59,653 bases of DNA, filler included, from 6 parts of 6 records of this genome joined end to end with filler, not necessarily neighbours in it, one strand, 5' to 3'; positions 41,279 to 52,153 are shown, numbered from the whole stretch's first letter. Program-made: numbers and translations. The notes: a model not told the origin generated them from the sequence alone.

Positions 41279-42648
41279 CTCTTTTCAACTCTCTCCAAAC
41301 CTCTTGCATAAATTAAGCGAACAGGAACACCCTCATAAGAGAACCTTTCATAAAAACGATTGAGCAGATACCTGTGATAGGAAAAGTGAACTTCAGAAGG
41401 AGCACTTACCCTGACAATTGCAGTTGGAGGAGCAACATCGACCATTTCAATTGAACGAAAATGTATAAGCTTGTTCTTTTTTGTAAGAGGAGGAGGGTTT
41501 CTTCTGAGACTTTTAGTAAGCCACTCCTCCAGTAATTCCTGATCGGTAGTCATGTTATATGTGTTATGAATCTCAAGAACCTTGTCAAGAAGCTTCTGGA
41601 CGCGAAGTCCTTTCATTGCTGATATGGAAATTATCGGTGCGTATGGAGCAAATTTGATCCTGTCTCTAAGGTCTGTAACGAACTGTTCATAAGTTCCTGT
41701 CTCTTTTTTAATAGTGTCCCATTTATTGATAACAATAATCGAAGCCTTTCCCTTTTCATGAGCAAGCCCTAGAAGTCTAAGGTCCTGATCTGTCGCGAGT
41801 TCATTGGCATCCATTAGAAAAAGAATGACATCAGACCTGTCAATAGCTCTAAACGCTCTGACAATTGCAGCCTTTTCCATCAAAGCTCCAACCTTCTTCT
41901 TTCTTCTAACGCCTGCAGTATCAATAACTTTAAAATCCCTGTCCTTGTATTTAAAGAAGGAATCTATCGGGTCCATTGTGGTTCCCGGAATCGGACTTAC
42001 AAGCATCTTTTCTTCACCGATAATTGCATTTGTGAGAGTTGATTTGCCGACATTCGGTCTTCCCACAATTGCCATCTTTATCTCATTTTCCTTTTTAGGG
42101 ATCTTTTCTGCAATTTCCTGTTCTGTCCAGAATTCCTCAGTCATATCATCAAGAAAATCATGGAGTCCGACACCCGTCTGTCCTGAAACAGGATAAACTT
42201 TTTCAGCACCTGTTTCATAAAATTCCGCGATCATATATTCTCTTTCTTCAGAGTCTATTTTAGATACTGCAACCCACGACCTGATCTCTTTCTTCCTGAT
42301 AAGGTCATATATCTCCTTATCATTTTCAGTAACGCCCATTTCACCATCACAAAGAAGAATGACGCCATCAACAACTTCAAGCACCTCGTTGATCTGCATT
42401 CTTATACCCTTGTTAATAACATCAGTCTCGGTCTCATCAATATGAAAACCCCCAGTGTCAATAACAGTAAGAGGCTTCTCTTCATAGACCATGTCCTGAT
42501 AGTTGAGATCTCTCGTAACACCCGGCATATCATCAATAATTGCAAAATTCCTATTAAGCATTCTGTTAAAAAGCGTAGATTTTCCGACATTCGGTCTTCC
42601 AATTATTGCTATCAGCGGCTTAACATTGTTAAAAAACTTATCATTCAT
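41275..42648 (-). CDS. der: Ribosome biogenesis GTPase Der (EngA)
   Basis: Two GRPNVGKSTL P-loops, DTGG/DTAG, NKWD, and a KH-like C-terminus. Probable start at 42648. Confidence 0.96.
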   Translation of the reverse strand: MNDKFFNNVKPLIAIIGRPNVGKSTLFNRMLNRNFAIIDDMPGVTRDLNYQDMVYEEKPLTVIDTGGFHIDETETDVINKGIRMQINEVLEVVDGVILLCDGEMGVTENDKEIYDLIRKKEIRSWVAVSKIDSEEREYMIAEFYETGAEKVYPVSGQTGVGLHDFLDDMTEEFWTEQEIAEKIPKKENEIKMAIVGRPNVGKSTLTNAIIGEEKMLVSPIPGTTMDPIDSFFKYKDRDFKVIDTAGVRRKKKVGALMEKAAIVRAFRAIDRSDVILFLMDANELATDQDLRLLGLAHEKGKASIIVINKWDTIKKETGTYEQFVTDLRDRIKFAPYAPIISISAMKGLRVQKLLDKVLEIHNTYNMTTDQELLEEWLTKSLRRNPPPLTKKNKLIHFRSIEMVDVAPPTAIVRVSAPSEVHFSYHRYLLNRFYERFSYEGVPVRLIYARGLERVEKS

Positions 42649-42779
42649 AATCCCTAACCTCATAAAATAACGACACGGTAACTTACACTTAATACTGAAA
42701 AAAAGCAAGGGAGCATACCCATCACCTTGAATTGATTGAATTTTATGGTAAACTGCCTCGTTAATTTTCGGAGGATAAA

Positions 42780-43853
42780 ATGAGAGTAATTTTTGTTGTA
42801 ATTTTTATGGCTGTCTTTTTTGTGTCATGCACTGACTCTAAAAGTGATACTGACGATCTTAATTTGGATAGTGATAATGCTGAAGTTGTCGATGATGTGA
42901 AGGATGATGTTGACGTTATGGACATAGTGGACGAAACGGACACAGTGGACATGGACAATAAGGACATAGTGGACGAAGTGGACGAAACTGAAGATATGGA
43001 CACAGCGGACGATGAAGTTAATGATGAAATTAATGATGAGGCCTCGGACGACTTTGACCTGTCCGACGAGGAGTCCGACACGTCTGACGAGTCCGAGATG
43101 CCCGACGAAGATTCTGCAACTTCTGATCATGTTGAAGTTATAAATAACACTGATGGTTCAATAACGGTTAATGTAACTCTTAACAGCGCAACGGATGCAG
43201 TTACTAGCTATCTTATGGATTCAGCTTCTTCTTCGTGGAATTATTTTCATGGAAGCAGCGTTAATGTCGGTTTTAGAGTTTACAGCGCCCTTGATGACCA
43301 GTATGTCGCCTATCACTCAGCATTTAGATTCACCGATGTTGATGTGCCGGCAGGTGCAACAATTGAAAACGCGAACTTTTCATTCCATCCGACAAATGAA
43401 GTTGATTCAAGTAAAAAAGTCTATCTTCGTGCCGCAATGGAAAAAAGTGTTAATTCAGCTGAGTTCGATGTTTCAAACTACACAACGAACAGACCTGACC
43501 AGAGACCTGAAACAGATGCAACAGTTGAAGAGATCCTTCTTAAATGTATGGAACTTGATGATTGCTACGACCCAGAAAGCTCTTACTGCAAAGATAGAGC
43601 CAAAGACTGCTGGGACAGAGAAACCAGATTTACCTTTCGAGGCGAACTTTCTGATATGGTTCAAGAAATTATTGACACCACTGGCTGGATAAAAAAGAAC
43701 GCAATGACAGTTTTCATCACCGGAACCTACCCTTCTGCAATGTCCAGTGGAGAAAAACCGGACTATTCAAACAACAGATCTGTTACTGGTTACGACACGG
43801 ATAAGACCGCATCTCACTATCCTGTACTTTCGATAACTTTTACTGTAAAATAG
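42780..43853 (+). CDS. Lipoprotein with a long Asp/Glu-rich linker and a DNRLRE-like beta-sandwich domain
   Basis: Lipobox FVSC, GGAGG RBS, about 95-aa acidic tract, then FRFTDVDVPAGATIENA and a terminal PVLSITF. Confidence 0.72.
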   Translation: MRVIFVVIFMAVFFVSCTDSKSDTDDLNLDSDNAEVVDDVKDDVDVMDIVDETDTVDMDNKDIVDEVDETEDMDTADDEVNDEINDEASDDFDLSDEESDTSDESEMPDEDSATSDHVEVINNTDGSITVNVTLNSATDAVTSYLMDSASSSWNYFHGSSVNVGFRVYSALDDQYVAYHSAFRFTDVDVPAGATIENANFSFHPTNEVDSSKKVYLRAAMEKSVNSAEFDVSNYTTNRPDQRPETDATVEEILLKCMELDDCYDPESSYCKDRAKDCWDRETRFTFRGELSDMVQEIIDTTGWIKKNAMTVFITGTYPSAMSSGEKPDYSNNRSVTGYDTDKTASHYPVLSITFTVK

Positions 43854-43948
43854 GGCCCTGAGAATTTCTAACCATCGAGATTTTGAATGAAAACATTCTT
43901 TATTTCAACTATTGAGGTTTCCTTAATAGTTGAGAAATTAAGGAGAAG

Positions 43949-43980
43949 ATGATGGCTAAAAACAAAAAAATTGAGGTGTT
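43949..43980 (+). CDS. Start of an unknown gene (MMAKNKKIEV), cut by the contig end
   Basis: AAGGAG RBS followed by ATG; only about 10 codons are visible. Confidence 0.45.
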
Positions 43981-44080
43981 NNNNNNNNNNNNNNNNNNNN
44001 NNNNNNNNNNNNNNNNNNNNNNNNTTAATTAATTAANNNNNNNNNNNNNNNNNNNNNNNNNNNNNNNNNNNNNNNNNNNN
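43981..44080. other. Artificial contig-joining spacer
   Basis: N44-TTAATTAATTAA-N44. Confidence 0.99.
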
Positions 44081-44326
44081 TTTTTGTTTTTTGTCAAACC
44101 AGTTTAAACCGCATTATAGGGGCAGATTCAAAATCAGGGATCGCTAACAATATTTGGGTCTGAAGAAAAAATATGATTTATTTGTTGTTAAGTAAGTTAC
44201 CCAATTCATAGTAATAAATTCATAATTATCTGGTGACGTTTTTTAATTAATGAAAATTTAAGAGTTAATTTGCTGCAGTTGTTTACGCATGAATTGGTGT
44301 GTAGATGTATAGTAAGTTAATAGTTA

Positions 44327-47300
44327 ATGAAGGAACGTCGAACGATAGCTGTATTGTTACTTGTTTTATTATATGGTTTTATTTGTAATGCCAATAAACA
44401 ATTAAAATACCATCATCTTAATGTAGAAAGTGGTTTGCCGCAAAACTCTGTTTATTCAATAGCCATGGACAAGTTTGGTTTTATGTGGTTTGGCACTTGG
44501 GGAGGGGCAGTTCGTTACGATGGATATTCTTATACAGTTTATCAACCGCATGAAAACGATTCAACATCGTTGCCTAGTTATCGTATCCGTTGTATTGTTA
44601 AGGATTCAGTGGGGAATATCTGGATAGAGACAGAAGACCTTGCCTACCTATATAAATATGACTATGAGAAAGATAATTTTGCGAGTTACTCCCGCAATGA
44701 GGTAAATAAAACCTTGCAAAATAAAATTGCCAACTGGCACAGTTATAGTTTTAAAGAAGCACAAAACTCTCTATTTTCCTTTTTAACTACTGATGATGGT
44801 TTATTGCAAATTGATCGATCAACAGGGGAACATTATAGATATAGAGCTGAGACAGCAAATCCTTTTTCAATATCAGATAATTCGGTTAAAAATGTTTTTC
44901 TGGATGAACAGGAAACATTGTGGTTTGGTACGCAAAATGGAGGTGTGAACTTTAGCAGTATGTATAGTAATTCATTTCAAAATGTATTTACCTATAAAAA
45001 TAATGGAGGATTAATAAGTAATGGAGTGCGAGCCATTTGTGTTGATCATACAGGTAATATTTATGTTGGTTCTGAGAATCGAGGGCTTACTATTATCAAT
45101 ACAGCATCTAAACCATATACTTATTCTTATTTGAGTGATGATAATCTTATCAACTTACACATTCGGGCTTTACATTGTGATAATGATGGTGTCATATGGA
45201 TTGGAACAAAAGATGGGTTGTTTACTTATAATCCTGTTACAAGAAGGATAAGACAATATTTAAAAGATTCCTTTAACCTGCAAGTGTTTTCGCTTTTTAC
45301 GGATCATAATAATCAGCTTTGGGTAGGTACTATGCAAGGACTAGCCAGATTTGATGCGCAAACCGAAAGATTAATTTATCTGGCAGATGAACAAAAGCCT
45401 ATGGGCAGACATATTCGATCTATTTTTGAGGATAAAGAATATAATCTCTGGATTGCAACCGAAGATCAAGGTATTACCTGTTTATCGAGAAAAATAGTAA
45501 AAGATAGTATCACTTTTATTCCGAAAAATTACCAGAAAATTGAAAACAAAGAAAATTCTATCTTATCAAACAGAACGTATTCATTAACTATTGACGGAGA
45601 GGGATATGTTTGGGTAGCGACCAGTTTTGGATTAAGTCGTCTAAATCCGGCATCCAATACCTTTAAAAATTTTACTGTAAATGATAAGTTACCTGATAAT
45701 CGCATAATGAGTGTTGTATATGATGGGCGTAACTCAGTTTGGTTTAGTCATAACAAAGGGTTAAGCCGTATAAATACTTCCTCTTACGAAATGCAGCATT
45801 TTGATGTACAAGATGGATTGCAGGGAAATGAATTTATCCAAAGTGCTTCTTACTATGATGAATCAAGAGGTTTATGTTATTTTGGAGGGAACAATGGACT
45901 AAGCTATTTTCAACCCGAGAAAGTATCTGTTAATCCTTATCCTCCCATGATTGCATTAACAGATTTGTTTGTTAGTTATCAGAGAGTAATTCCCTGTGCC
46001 AACATTAATAATCAGGTCATACTAGAAAAATCCTTATTGTGCACCGATGAAATAAAGTTATCATGGCAAAATAAAAATTTCAGGATCGAGTTTGCAGCAT
46101 TGCATTATGCCAATCCATCAGGTAATAGCTATAAATATAAACTCGAAGGATTTGACGAAGAATGGGTTTCAACCGATGCGTCATTGCGTTCCGCCTCTTA
46201 TTCCAACTTAGATGCAGGAAACTACACCTTTAAAGTTTTGGCATCCAATAGCCATGGCGTATGGGCGCCGGAACCTAAGACTTTAAAAATACAGATATTA
46301 CCTCCATGGTGGCTGTCTACATGGATGATTCTGGCCTATGTAATGTTGATTCTATTTTTTATTCTATTCGTATATAGAATGATTGTTGTTCGTATTAGTG
46401 CAAAACATGCTGAATCTCTTCATTTGGCGAAAGCCCATTTTTTTACTGAAATATCACATGAATTCCGTACTCCTCTCACGCTTATTCTTGACCCGCTTAA
46501 TAAGCTCATTTCCGGAAAAACAGATGATGAAACTACCAGGAAGTACTACCGTTTTATGCAGCGAAATGCACAACAGCTACTTCATTTAATTAATCAATTA
46601 CTGGATTTTAGAAAATTGGAATCTGGTCAAATGCGTTTGTCGGTAAAACAACATGATCTGATTTTGTTTATGAAACAAATATTGACAGCATTTGAGGATC
46701 AGGCTAATAGTAAGCATATTGATCTTTGTTTTAAATCAAATTTGGCTTCATTACAAATGCTGTTTGATGAACAAAAGCTGAATATGGTCATGAATAATCT
46801 TTTATCCAATGCTATTAAGTTCACAGCTGAAAATGGTAAAATTTGTGTCGAAATCATTTTGGATAATGAGAATAAAGAGGTGAAAGTAGCGATTAGGGAT
46901 AATGGTGTTGGGATTGCCAGAGATGAACAAAAAACGATATTTGATCCATTTTACCAGTCCGCAAACAATATGAGCCTACATAAGGGAACTGGTATTGGTT
47001 TGGCATTAACGAAAGAGCTTATTCTTTTGCACAAAGGAAATATTAGTGTAAACAGTCAACCAGGGCAAGGATCCACATTTACTTTTTTGTTGCCCGTAAT
47101 TACAAACGAAGAACATCGGGAAGCTGATAGGTTTTATGAAGAAAACTATATAACTCTATCAGATCCTGATAAGGATGATATTACCCCAGATGAAACAACT
47201 GATCAGCCTTTGTTATTAGTCGTTGACGATAATGAAGACATCAGGGAATACATCCGTTTAAATTTTGCAAAACAATTTCGTTTGATAATGGCTAAAGATG

Positions 47301-47959
47301 GTTTTGAAGGTTTGGAAATGGCAACAGTACATATTCCGGATATTATTATCAGTGATGTTATGATGCCACAAATGGATGGTATAGCGCTTTGTGAGAAACT
47401 AAAAATGGATCAGCGAACCTGTCATATTCCAATAATCTTACTCACAGCACGACAATCAGACGATGTAAAAACTGAAGGCTATAAAACCGGTGCCGATGCC
47501 TATTTAACCAAACCTTTTAGCTCTGAGATGCTTCTGGTACGCTTGCAAAACCTTTTGGAACAAAGACGTAAGTTACGTGAGCTATTTTCGTCGAACCCTG
47601 CTAACAAGTGGAAAACAATAGTCGGAATACCAGCTGAACAAGCCTTTTTAGATCAGGTACAAAAGTATATTCATGAGCATCTTGACAATCCGGATTTCAG
47701 CATCGATCAACTTTCTGAGCATTTGGGAATGAGCCGCTCGCAGTTTTATCGTAAAATTAAAGCACTCACCAATAAGTCGGGAAATGAATTCATTACCTCT
47801 TTTCGGATGAGTAAAGGGGTTGAACTAATGCTCGAGGAAGGCCTTAGTGTCAGTGAAACGGCATATAAAGTTGGATATTCTGCTCCTAATAGTTTCACTC
47901 GTGCTTTTTTAAAGCACTTTGGGATGTCTCCATCTCAGTACATAGAAAAAAACAAATAG
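44327..47959 (+). CDS. Hybrid two-component system (Reg_prop propellers, Y_Y_Y, HisKA/HATPase, REC, AraC HTH)
   Basis: Propeller repeats (WFGT, WIGT, WIAT), YKYKLEGFD, SHEFRTPL, GTGIGL, SDVMMP and an AraC C-terminus. Confidence 0.96.
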   Translation: MKERRTIAVLLLVLLYGFICNANKQLKYHHLNVESGLPQNSVYSIAMDKFGFMWFGTWGGAVRYDGYSYTVYQPHENDSTSLPSYRIRCIVKDSVGNIWIETEDLAYLYKYDYEKDNFASYSRNEVNKTLQNKIANWHSYSFKEAQNSLFSFLTTDDGLLQIDRSTGEHYRYRAETANPFSISDNSVKNVFLDEQETLWFGTQNGGVNFSSMYSNSFQNVFTYKNNGGLISNGVRAICVDHTGNIYVGSENRGLTIINTASKPYTYSYLSDDNLINLHIRALHCDNDGVIWIGTKDGLFTYNPVTRRIRQYLKDSFNLQVFSLFTDHNNQLWVGTMQGLARFDAQTERLIYLADEQKPMGRHIRSIFEDKEYNLWIATEDQGITCLSRKIVKDSITFIPKNYQKIENKENSILSNRTYSLTIDGEGYVWVATSFGLSRLNPASNTFKNFTVNDKLPDNRIMSVVYDGRNSVWFSHNKGLSRINTSSYEMQHFDVQDGLQGNEFIQSASYYDESRGLCYFGGNNGLSYFQPEKVSVNPYPPMIALTDLFVSYQRVIPCANINNQVILEKSLLCTDEIKLSWQNKNFRIEFAALHYANPSGNSYKYKLEGFDEEWVSTDASLRSASYSNLDAGNYTFKVLASNSHGVWAPEPKTLKIQILPPWWLSTWMILAYVMLILFFILFVYRMIVVRISAKHAESLHLAKAHFFTEISHEFRTPLTLILDPLNKLISGKTDDETTRKYYRFMQRNAQQLLHLINQLLDFRKLESGQMRLSVKQHDLILFMKQILTAFEDQANSKHIDLCFKSNLASLQMLFDEQKLNMVMNNLLSNAIKFTAENGKICVEIILDNENKEVKVAIRDNGVGIARDEQKTIFDPFYQSANNMSLHKGTGIGLALTKELILLHKGNISVNSQPGQGSTFTFLLPVITNEEHREADRFYEENYITLSDPDKDDITPDETTDQPLLLVVDDNEDIREYIRLNFAKQFRLIMAKDGFEGLEMATVHIPDIIISDVMMPQMDGIALCEKLKMDQRTCHIPIILLTARQSDDVKTEGYKTGADAYLTKPFSSEMLLVRLQNLLEQRRKLRELFSSNPANKWKTIVGIPAEQAFLDQVQKYIHEHLDNPDFSIDQLSEHLGMSRSQFYRKIKALTNKSGNEFITSFRMSKGVELMLEEGLSVSETAYKVGYSAPNSFTRAFLKHFGMSPSQYIEKNK

Positions 47960-48270
47960 TATCTGTCTAATTTGCATAAAATCAGTTATTAACAAAGGTG
48001 ATTTGTTTTAAGAGTTAAATATACCTAAGCTTTTATTGCAACATTTAGTTAGGTAAATGAACAGTTTGGTTAGCCTTTATTGATGCACAATTCCCAATTT
48101 TGCGGTACATTTTAATTTAAAAATTTTGATTCATTACTATGCCATTCTTTATGGACAGTTTTATTTTTTCTATTTCGTTTAGTTTTATAGAAAAAGTAAC
48201 AGAAGAGGTTTTTATTTTGATGATTAGACCTTGGATGTGTTAATGAAATCAATAATATAAATAGACGAAT

Positions 48271-49671
48271 ATGAAGTACCTTGTGCTAATAGCCCTTGTT
48301 CTTACAGCTTGTAGAGTAGATCACAATAATAGTTATCAGCATATAATTTCCGGTATTCCATGGTATACTGAAGATGGAGAAAATGTATCAGCACATGGTG
48401 CAAATATTATTCAGGAGGGGGATAAGTTTTATTTATTTGGAGAATATAAAAACAATGAAAATAATCGCTTTGAAGGTTTTAGTTGTTATTCATCTACTAA
48501 CCTTTCTAACTGGAAATTTGAATGCATTGCTATGCCACCCAATAAAAGTGGTAGGTTATCCGGATCTGAATGTATAGGAGAGCGACCCAAAGTAATGAAG
48601 TGTCCGTTTACCGGTGAATTCATTATGTATATGCATGCCGACTCAAACGGATATCGCAATCCTGCTGTTGAATATGCTGCTTCTAAAAATATTACAGGGC
48701 CGTATGAGTATAAAGGGCGATTAATGTTTGGAGATTCATATATCAGACGCTGGGATATGGGAACTTTTCAGGATGATGATGGGACTGGATATATAATTAT
48801 GCACCACGGCGACATTTATAAATTAGCAGATGATTATAAAAGTATAGTAGAACATACATTGAAGCACGATAAGACCCTTAGAACTGAATCTCCTGCTGTA
48901 TTTAAGCGAAACGGAATTTATTATTGGATTGGTTCCGGTTTGACTGGTTGGGAGCGAAATGATAATATGTACTTTACTGCCAAATCATTGGCCGGTCCCT
49001 GGACAAACAAAGGCTCCTTGGCACCTCAAGGTACACTTACGTGGAATTCGCAATCTACTTTTGTGTTTCCTGTAACAGGCAGTAAAACAACTACTTTTAT
49101 ATATATGGGCGACAGATGGTCTTTCCCAAAACAGCGAGCTACGGCTAGTTACGTATGGCAGCCGATTGTATTTACCGGGGATGAAATATCAATGCCTGTT
49201 TTTCATGAGAATTGGTTTGTTAATGTTGAAACAGGAGAATGGAAAGATGTGCCCTTGAAACCAGCTTATGAAATTCATTACAAGGATAAAGCTGTGAGAT
49301 ATGAGGGAGCATGGGAAGATGCTTTAGGTGATAATACGAAATCTAAAAGAGCTAATAATAAAGATGCATGTGTTTCAATTTCATTTATAGGAACACAAAT
49401 AGCAATTCGCGGTGTGGCTTCAATTGATTGCGGATATGGTCATGTCTTAATTGTAAATGATAAAGGAGAAAAGATCCATGATACATGGATAGATATGTAT
49501 TCCAATAAAACAGTTGAAGGTCTGCAATATTTAAGTCCAAAACTTCCCAAAGGTGACTATACGATATTTTTCACTCCAACAGAATCCCATTGGTACTGGA
49601 TTGAAAAGTCGGGTAAAAAATGGGGGAGTCAAAATACTTTTATTTCATTTAGCAAAGCCTTGGTTTTTTAA
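48271..49671 (+). CDS. GH43 family glycoside hydrolase lipoprotein with C-terminal beta-sandwich
   Basis: Lipobox LTAC; AHGANI, ERPKV, DMGTFQDDDG and ESPAVFK motifs. Confidence 0.85.
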   Translation: MKYLVLIALVLTACRVDHNNSYQHIISGIPWYTEDGENVSAHGANIIQEGDKFYLFGEYKNNENNRFEGFSCYSSTNLSNWKFECIAMPPNKSGRLSGSECIGERPKVMKCPFTGEFIMYMHADSNGYRNPAVEYAASKNITGPYEYKGRLMFGDSYIRRWDMGTFQDDDGTGYIIMHHGDIYKLADDYKSIVEHTLKHDKTLRTESPAVFKRNGIYYWIGSGLTGWERNDNMYFTAKSLAGPWTNKGSLAPQGTLTWNSQSTFVFPVTGSKTTTFIYMGDRWSFPKQRATASYVWQPIVFTGDEISMPVFHENWFVNVETGEWKDVPLKPAYEIHYKDKAVRYEGAWEDALGDNTKSKRANNKDACVSISFIGTQIAIRGVASIDCGYGHVLIVNDKGEKIHDTWIDMYSNKTVEGLQYLSPKLPKGDYTIFFTPTESHWYWIEKSGKKWGSQNTFISFSKALVF

Positions 49672-49708
49672 CTTTAGATGATTCCAATTACTCAAATTTT
49701 ATAAAGAA

Positions 49709-50695
49709 ATGAAGATTAGTTTGTTGATTATCATTTTGTATTCTGTCGTTATTTTAACATACGGACAGCATAATAGTTTTACGGAAAGAGATGAGCCGGA
49801 AATTTATATTTCCAAATTTAAGGACAACAAAGCATGTGCATTAAGCTATACTTTTGACGATGGTTTGGAAGAACACTTTACTTTAATCTATCCCAGGTTT
49901 GAAGAATTAGGATTTAAAGGAACCTTTTGGGTGAATGGGAATACCATTAATGAAGGAGAAGCCGAACTTCAGGAAAATAAACCCCGAATATCATGGGAGA
50001 ATTTAAAAAAGATGGCAGATGTCGGTCACGAAATTTCCAATCATGGATGGTCGCACCTTAACCTGACCAGAATATCGCTTGACGAAGCTTATACTGAAAT
50101 CCTTAAAAATGACAGTATTATTAAAGCCAATGTTGGTTTAAAACCCCTAACCTTTTGTTATGCTTTCAATAGTAAAAATGATACTATAATTAAAATGGCT
50201 TCAATAGGGAGAGTTGATACTCGTACAAAACAATTTGCTATGGGAAGGAAATCAACTCCTGAAAGTCTCAAAGCAAAGATGGATGAACTTATCAGAAATA
50301 AAGAATGGGGTGTTGCCATGATTCATGGAATTTCATACGAGTACGATGCTTTTACAGACGTAAACATTCTCTGGAACCATTTCGAAGAAGTGAAAAAACA
50401 GGAAGATAGAATATGGGTGGACACATTTAAGGCCATTGCAGCTTACACCAAGGAACAACAAAGTACTGCCATTGATATTAGAAAGAAAGGGCGAAAGTTA
50501 CTCATTACACCACACATGAAATTAGATCAGGAATTATTTAGCTCTTCTCTTACTTTGGTTATAAAAGCTAAAAATGTTGACCGGGTTAAAATAAAGCAAA
50601 ATAATCAATTAATAGAGGGAAAGATTGAAGCAGAGCAAATACTATTTAATTTCGATCCGAATGGAGGAACAATTTCAGTTGAAATGAAATATTAA
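49709..50695 (+). CDS. Polysaccharide deacetylase family (CE4-like)
   Basis: SYTFDDG, GHEISNHGWSH and MIHG motifs; signal peptide. Confidence 0.85.
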   Translation: MKISLLIIILYSVVILTYGQHNSFTERDEPEIYISKFKDNKACALSYTFDDGLEEHFTLIYPRFEELGFKGTFWVNGNTINEGEAELQENKPRISWENLKKMADVGHEISNHGWSHLNLTRISLDEAYTEILKNDSIIKANVGLKPLTFCYAFNSKNDTIIKMASIGRVDTRTKQFAMGRKSTPESLKAKMDELIRNKEWGVAMIHGISYEYDAFTDVNILWNHFEEVKKQEDRIWVDTFKAIAAYTKEQQSTAIDIRKKGRKLLITPHMKLDQELFSSSLTLVIKAKNVDRVKIKQNNQLIEGKIEAEQILFNFDPNGGTISVEMKY

Positions 50696-50724
50696 TTCTA
50701 GTCTACTATAAAAAACAGTTAGTT

Positions 50725-51465
50725 ATGAGAAAGATTTTAAGTGCTGCTTTTGTAGCCATTACTATACTTCTATGCATGTCGTTTATTCGGCCAAAATCAA
50801 TACAAATCTGGATGATTGGCGATTCTACAATGGCGTGGAAGAAACCATCAAGAGCTCCTGAGTCAGGATGGGGAGAAGGATTGAAAACTTTTATTAAGGA
50901 AACGGCAACAATACACAATCATGCAGCCAGTGGAAGAAGTACTTTAAGTTTTATAAATGAAGGGCGCTGGCAAGTCGTCCTTGACAGTTTGAAAAAAGGT
51001 GACTTTTTGGTTATACAATTTGGACATAATGATGAAAAGCCAGATCCTAAACTTCATACAGAATCATTTGGTTCATTTAAAGACAATTTGATTCGTTTTA
51101 TTACAGAAGCTCGTAACAAAGGGGTACAGCCGATTGTATGTTCGTCGGTGGTACGAAGACATTTTACCGAGGATGGAAAATTGGAAGATACACATGGTGA
51201 TTACATACCAGCTGCCAAGGAAGCGGCTATGCAAACAAATACGCCATATGTAGATATGGAAGCATTAAGCAAAGATCTTGTTCTTAGAATGGGGCCAGAC
51301 TATTCAAAGGCCATATATAACTTCACATCACGAAAGCAAGATTCAACACATCCTAATGAGCGTGGAGCTAAGGTCATTGCTTATCTTTTTGCCAAAGAAG
51401 TAGCTATTCAGCAATTACCACTTGCCAAATACCTAAATATAAACCAACCACTATTATTGTGGTAA
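50725..51465 (+). CDS. Rhamnogalacturonan acetylesterase-like SGNH esterase (CE12)
   Basis: IGDST, SGRS, QFGHND and DSTH blocks. Confidence 0.9.
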   Translation: MRKILSAAFVAITILLCMSFIRPKSIQIWMIGDSTMAWKKPSRAPESGWGEGLKTFIKETATIHNHAASGRSTLSFINEGRWQVVLDSLKKGDFLVIQFGHNDEKPDPKLHTESFGSFKDNLIRFITEARNKGVQPIVCSSVVRRHFTEDGKLEDTHGDYIPAAKEAAMQTNTPYVDMEALSKDLVLRMGPDYSKAIYNFTSRKQDSTHPNERGAKVIAYLFAKEVAIQQLPLAKYLNINQPLLLW

Positions 51466-51482
51466 TGTAAGAAAGTATAGTT

Positions 51483-52151
51483 ATGAATATATTAAAAGCT
51501 CTTTTTATCAGTCTTTTATTGGTTGGTCTGAATATTCAGGCGCAAACAGGTTCTCATACCTCGAAGAATAATTCCAAAACAAGTCATAATCCGGTACTTA
51601 AAGGATATTATGCCGATCCGGATATAATCTATGCTCAAAAAACAGGGAAGTATTATATTTATCCTACTTCAGATGGATTTAACGAATGGAGTGGTCATTA
51701 TTTTAAAACATTTTCATCCGAAGATTTGGTTAATTGGAAAGATGAAGGTGTTATTTTGAATTTATGGACTGATGTTGAATGGGCCAATGAAAAAGCCTGG
51801 GCTCCTTGTATCATCGAAAAGCAAGTTGAGGGAAAATACAAGTATTTCTATTATTTCACTGCGGCAGGTAAAATTGGGGTTGCCACTTCTGATGAACCGA
51901 CCGGTCCGTTTATCGATTCTGGTAAAGCGCTTATCGACAGTCTACCTGCCGGACTTGCTAAAGGACATCAAATAGACCCGGATGTATTCTGCGACCCGGA
52001 AACAGGAAAATATTACCTTTATTGGGGAAATGCCTATATGGCTGTTGCTGAATTAGATGATGATATGGTTTCATTTAAATCAAATACAACAAAAATATTA
52101 ATCCCTAATGCCCGTTATTATGGAGCTACTCTTTTAACTCTTTATTGTTAA
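51483..52151 (+). CDS. GH43 family glycoside hydrolase, apparently truncated
   Basis: ADPDI, WAP and IDP motifs. It stops after 222 aa, before the catalytic Glu blade, 2 nt from the contig end. Confidence 0.8.
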   Translation: MNILKALFISLLLVGLNIQAQTGSHTSKNNSKTSHNPVLKGYYADPDIIYAQKTGKYYIYPTSDGFNEWSGHYFKTFSSEDLVNWKDEGVILNLWTDVEWANEKAWAPCIIEKQVEGKYKYFYYFTAAGKIGVATSDEPTGPFIDSGKALIDSLPAGLAKGHQIDPDVFCDPETGKYYLYWGNAYMAVAELDDDMVSFKSNTTKILIPNARYYGATLLTLYC

Positions 52152-52153
52152 AT

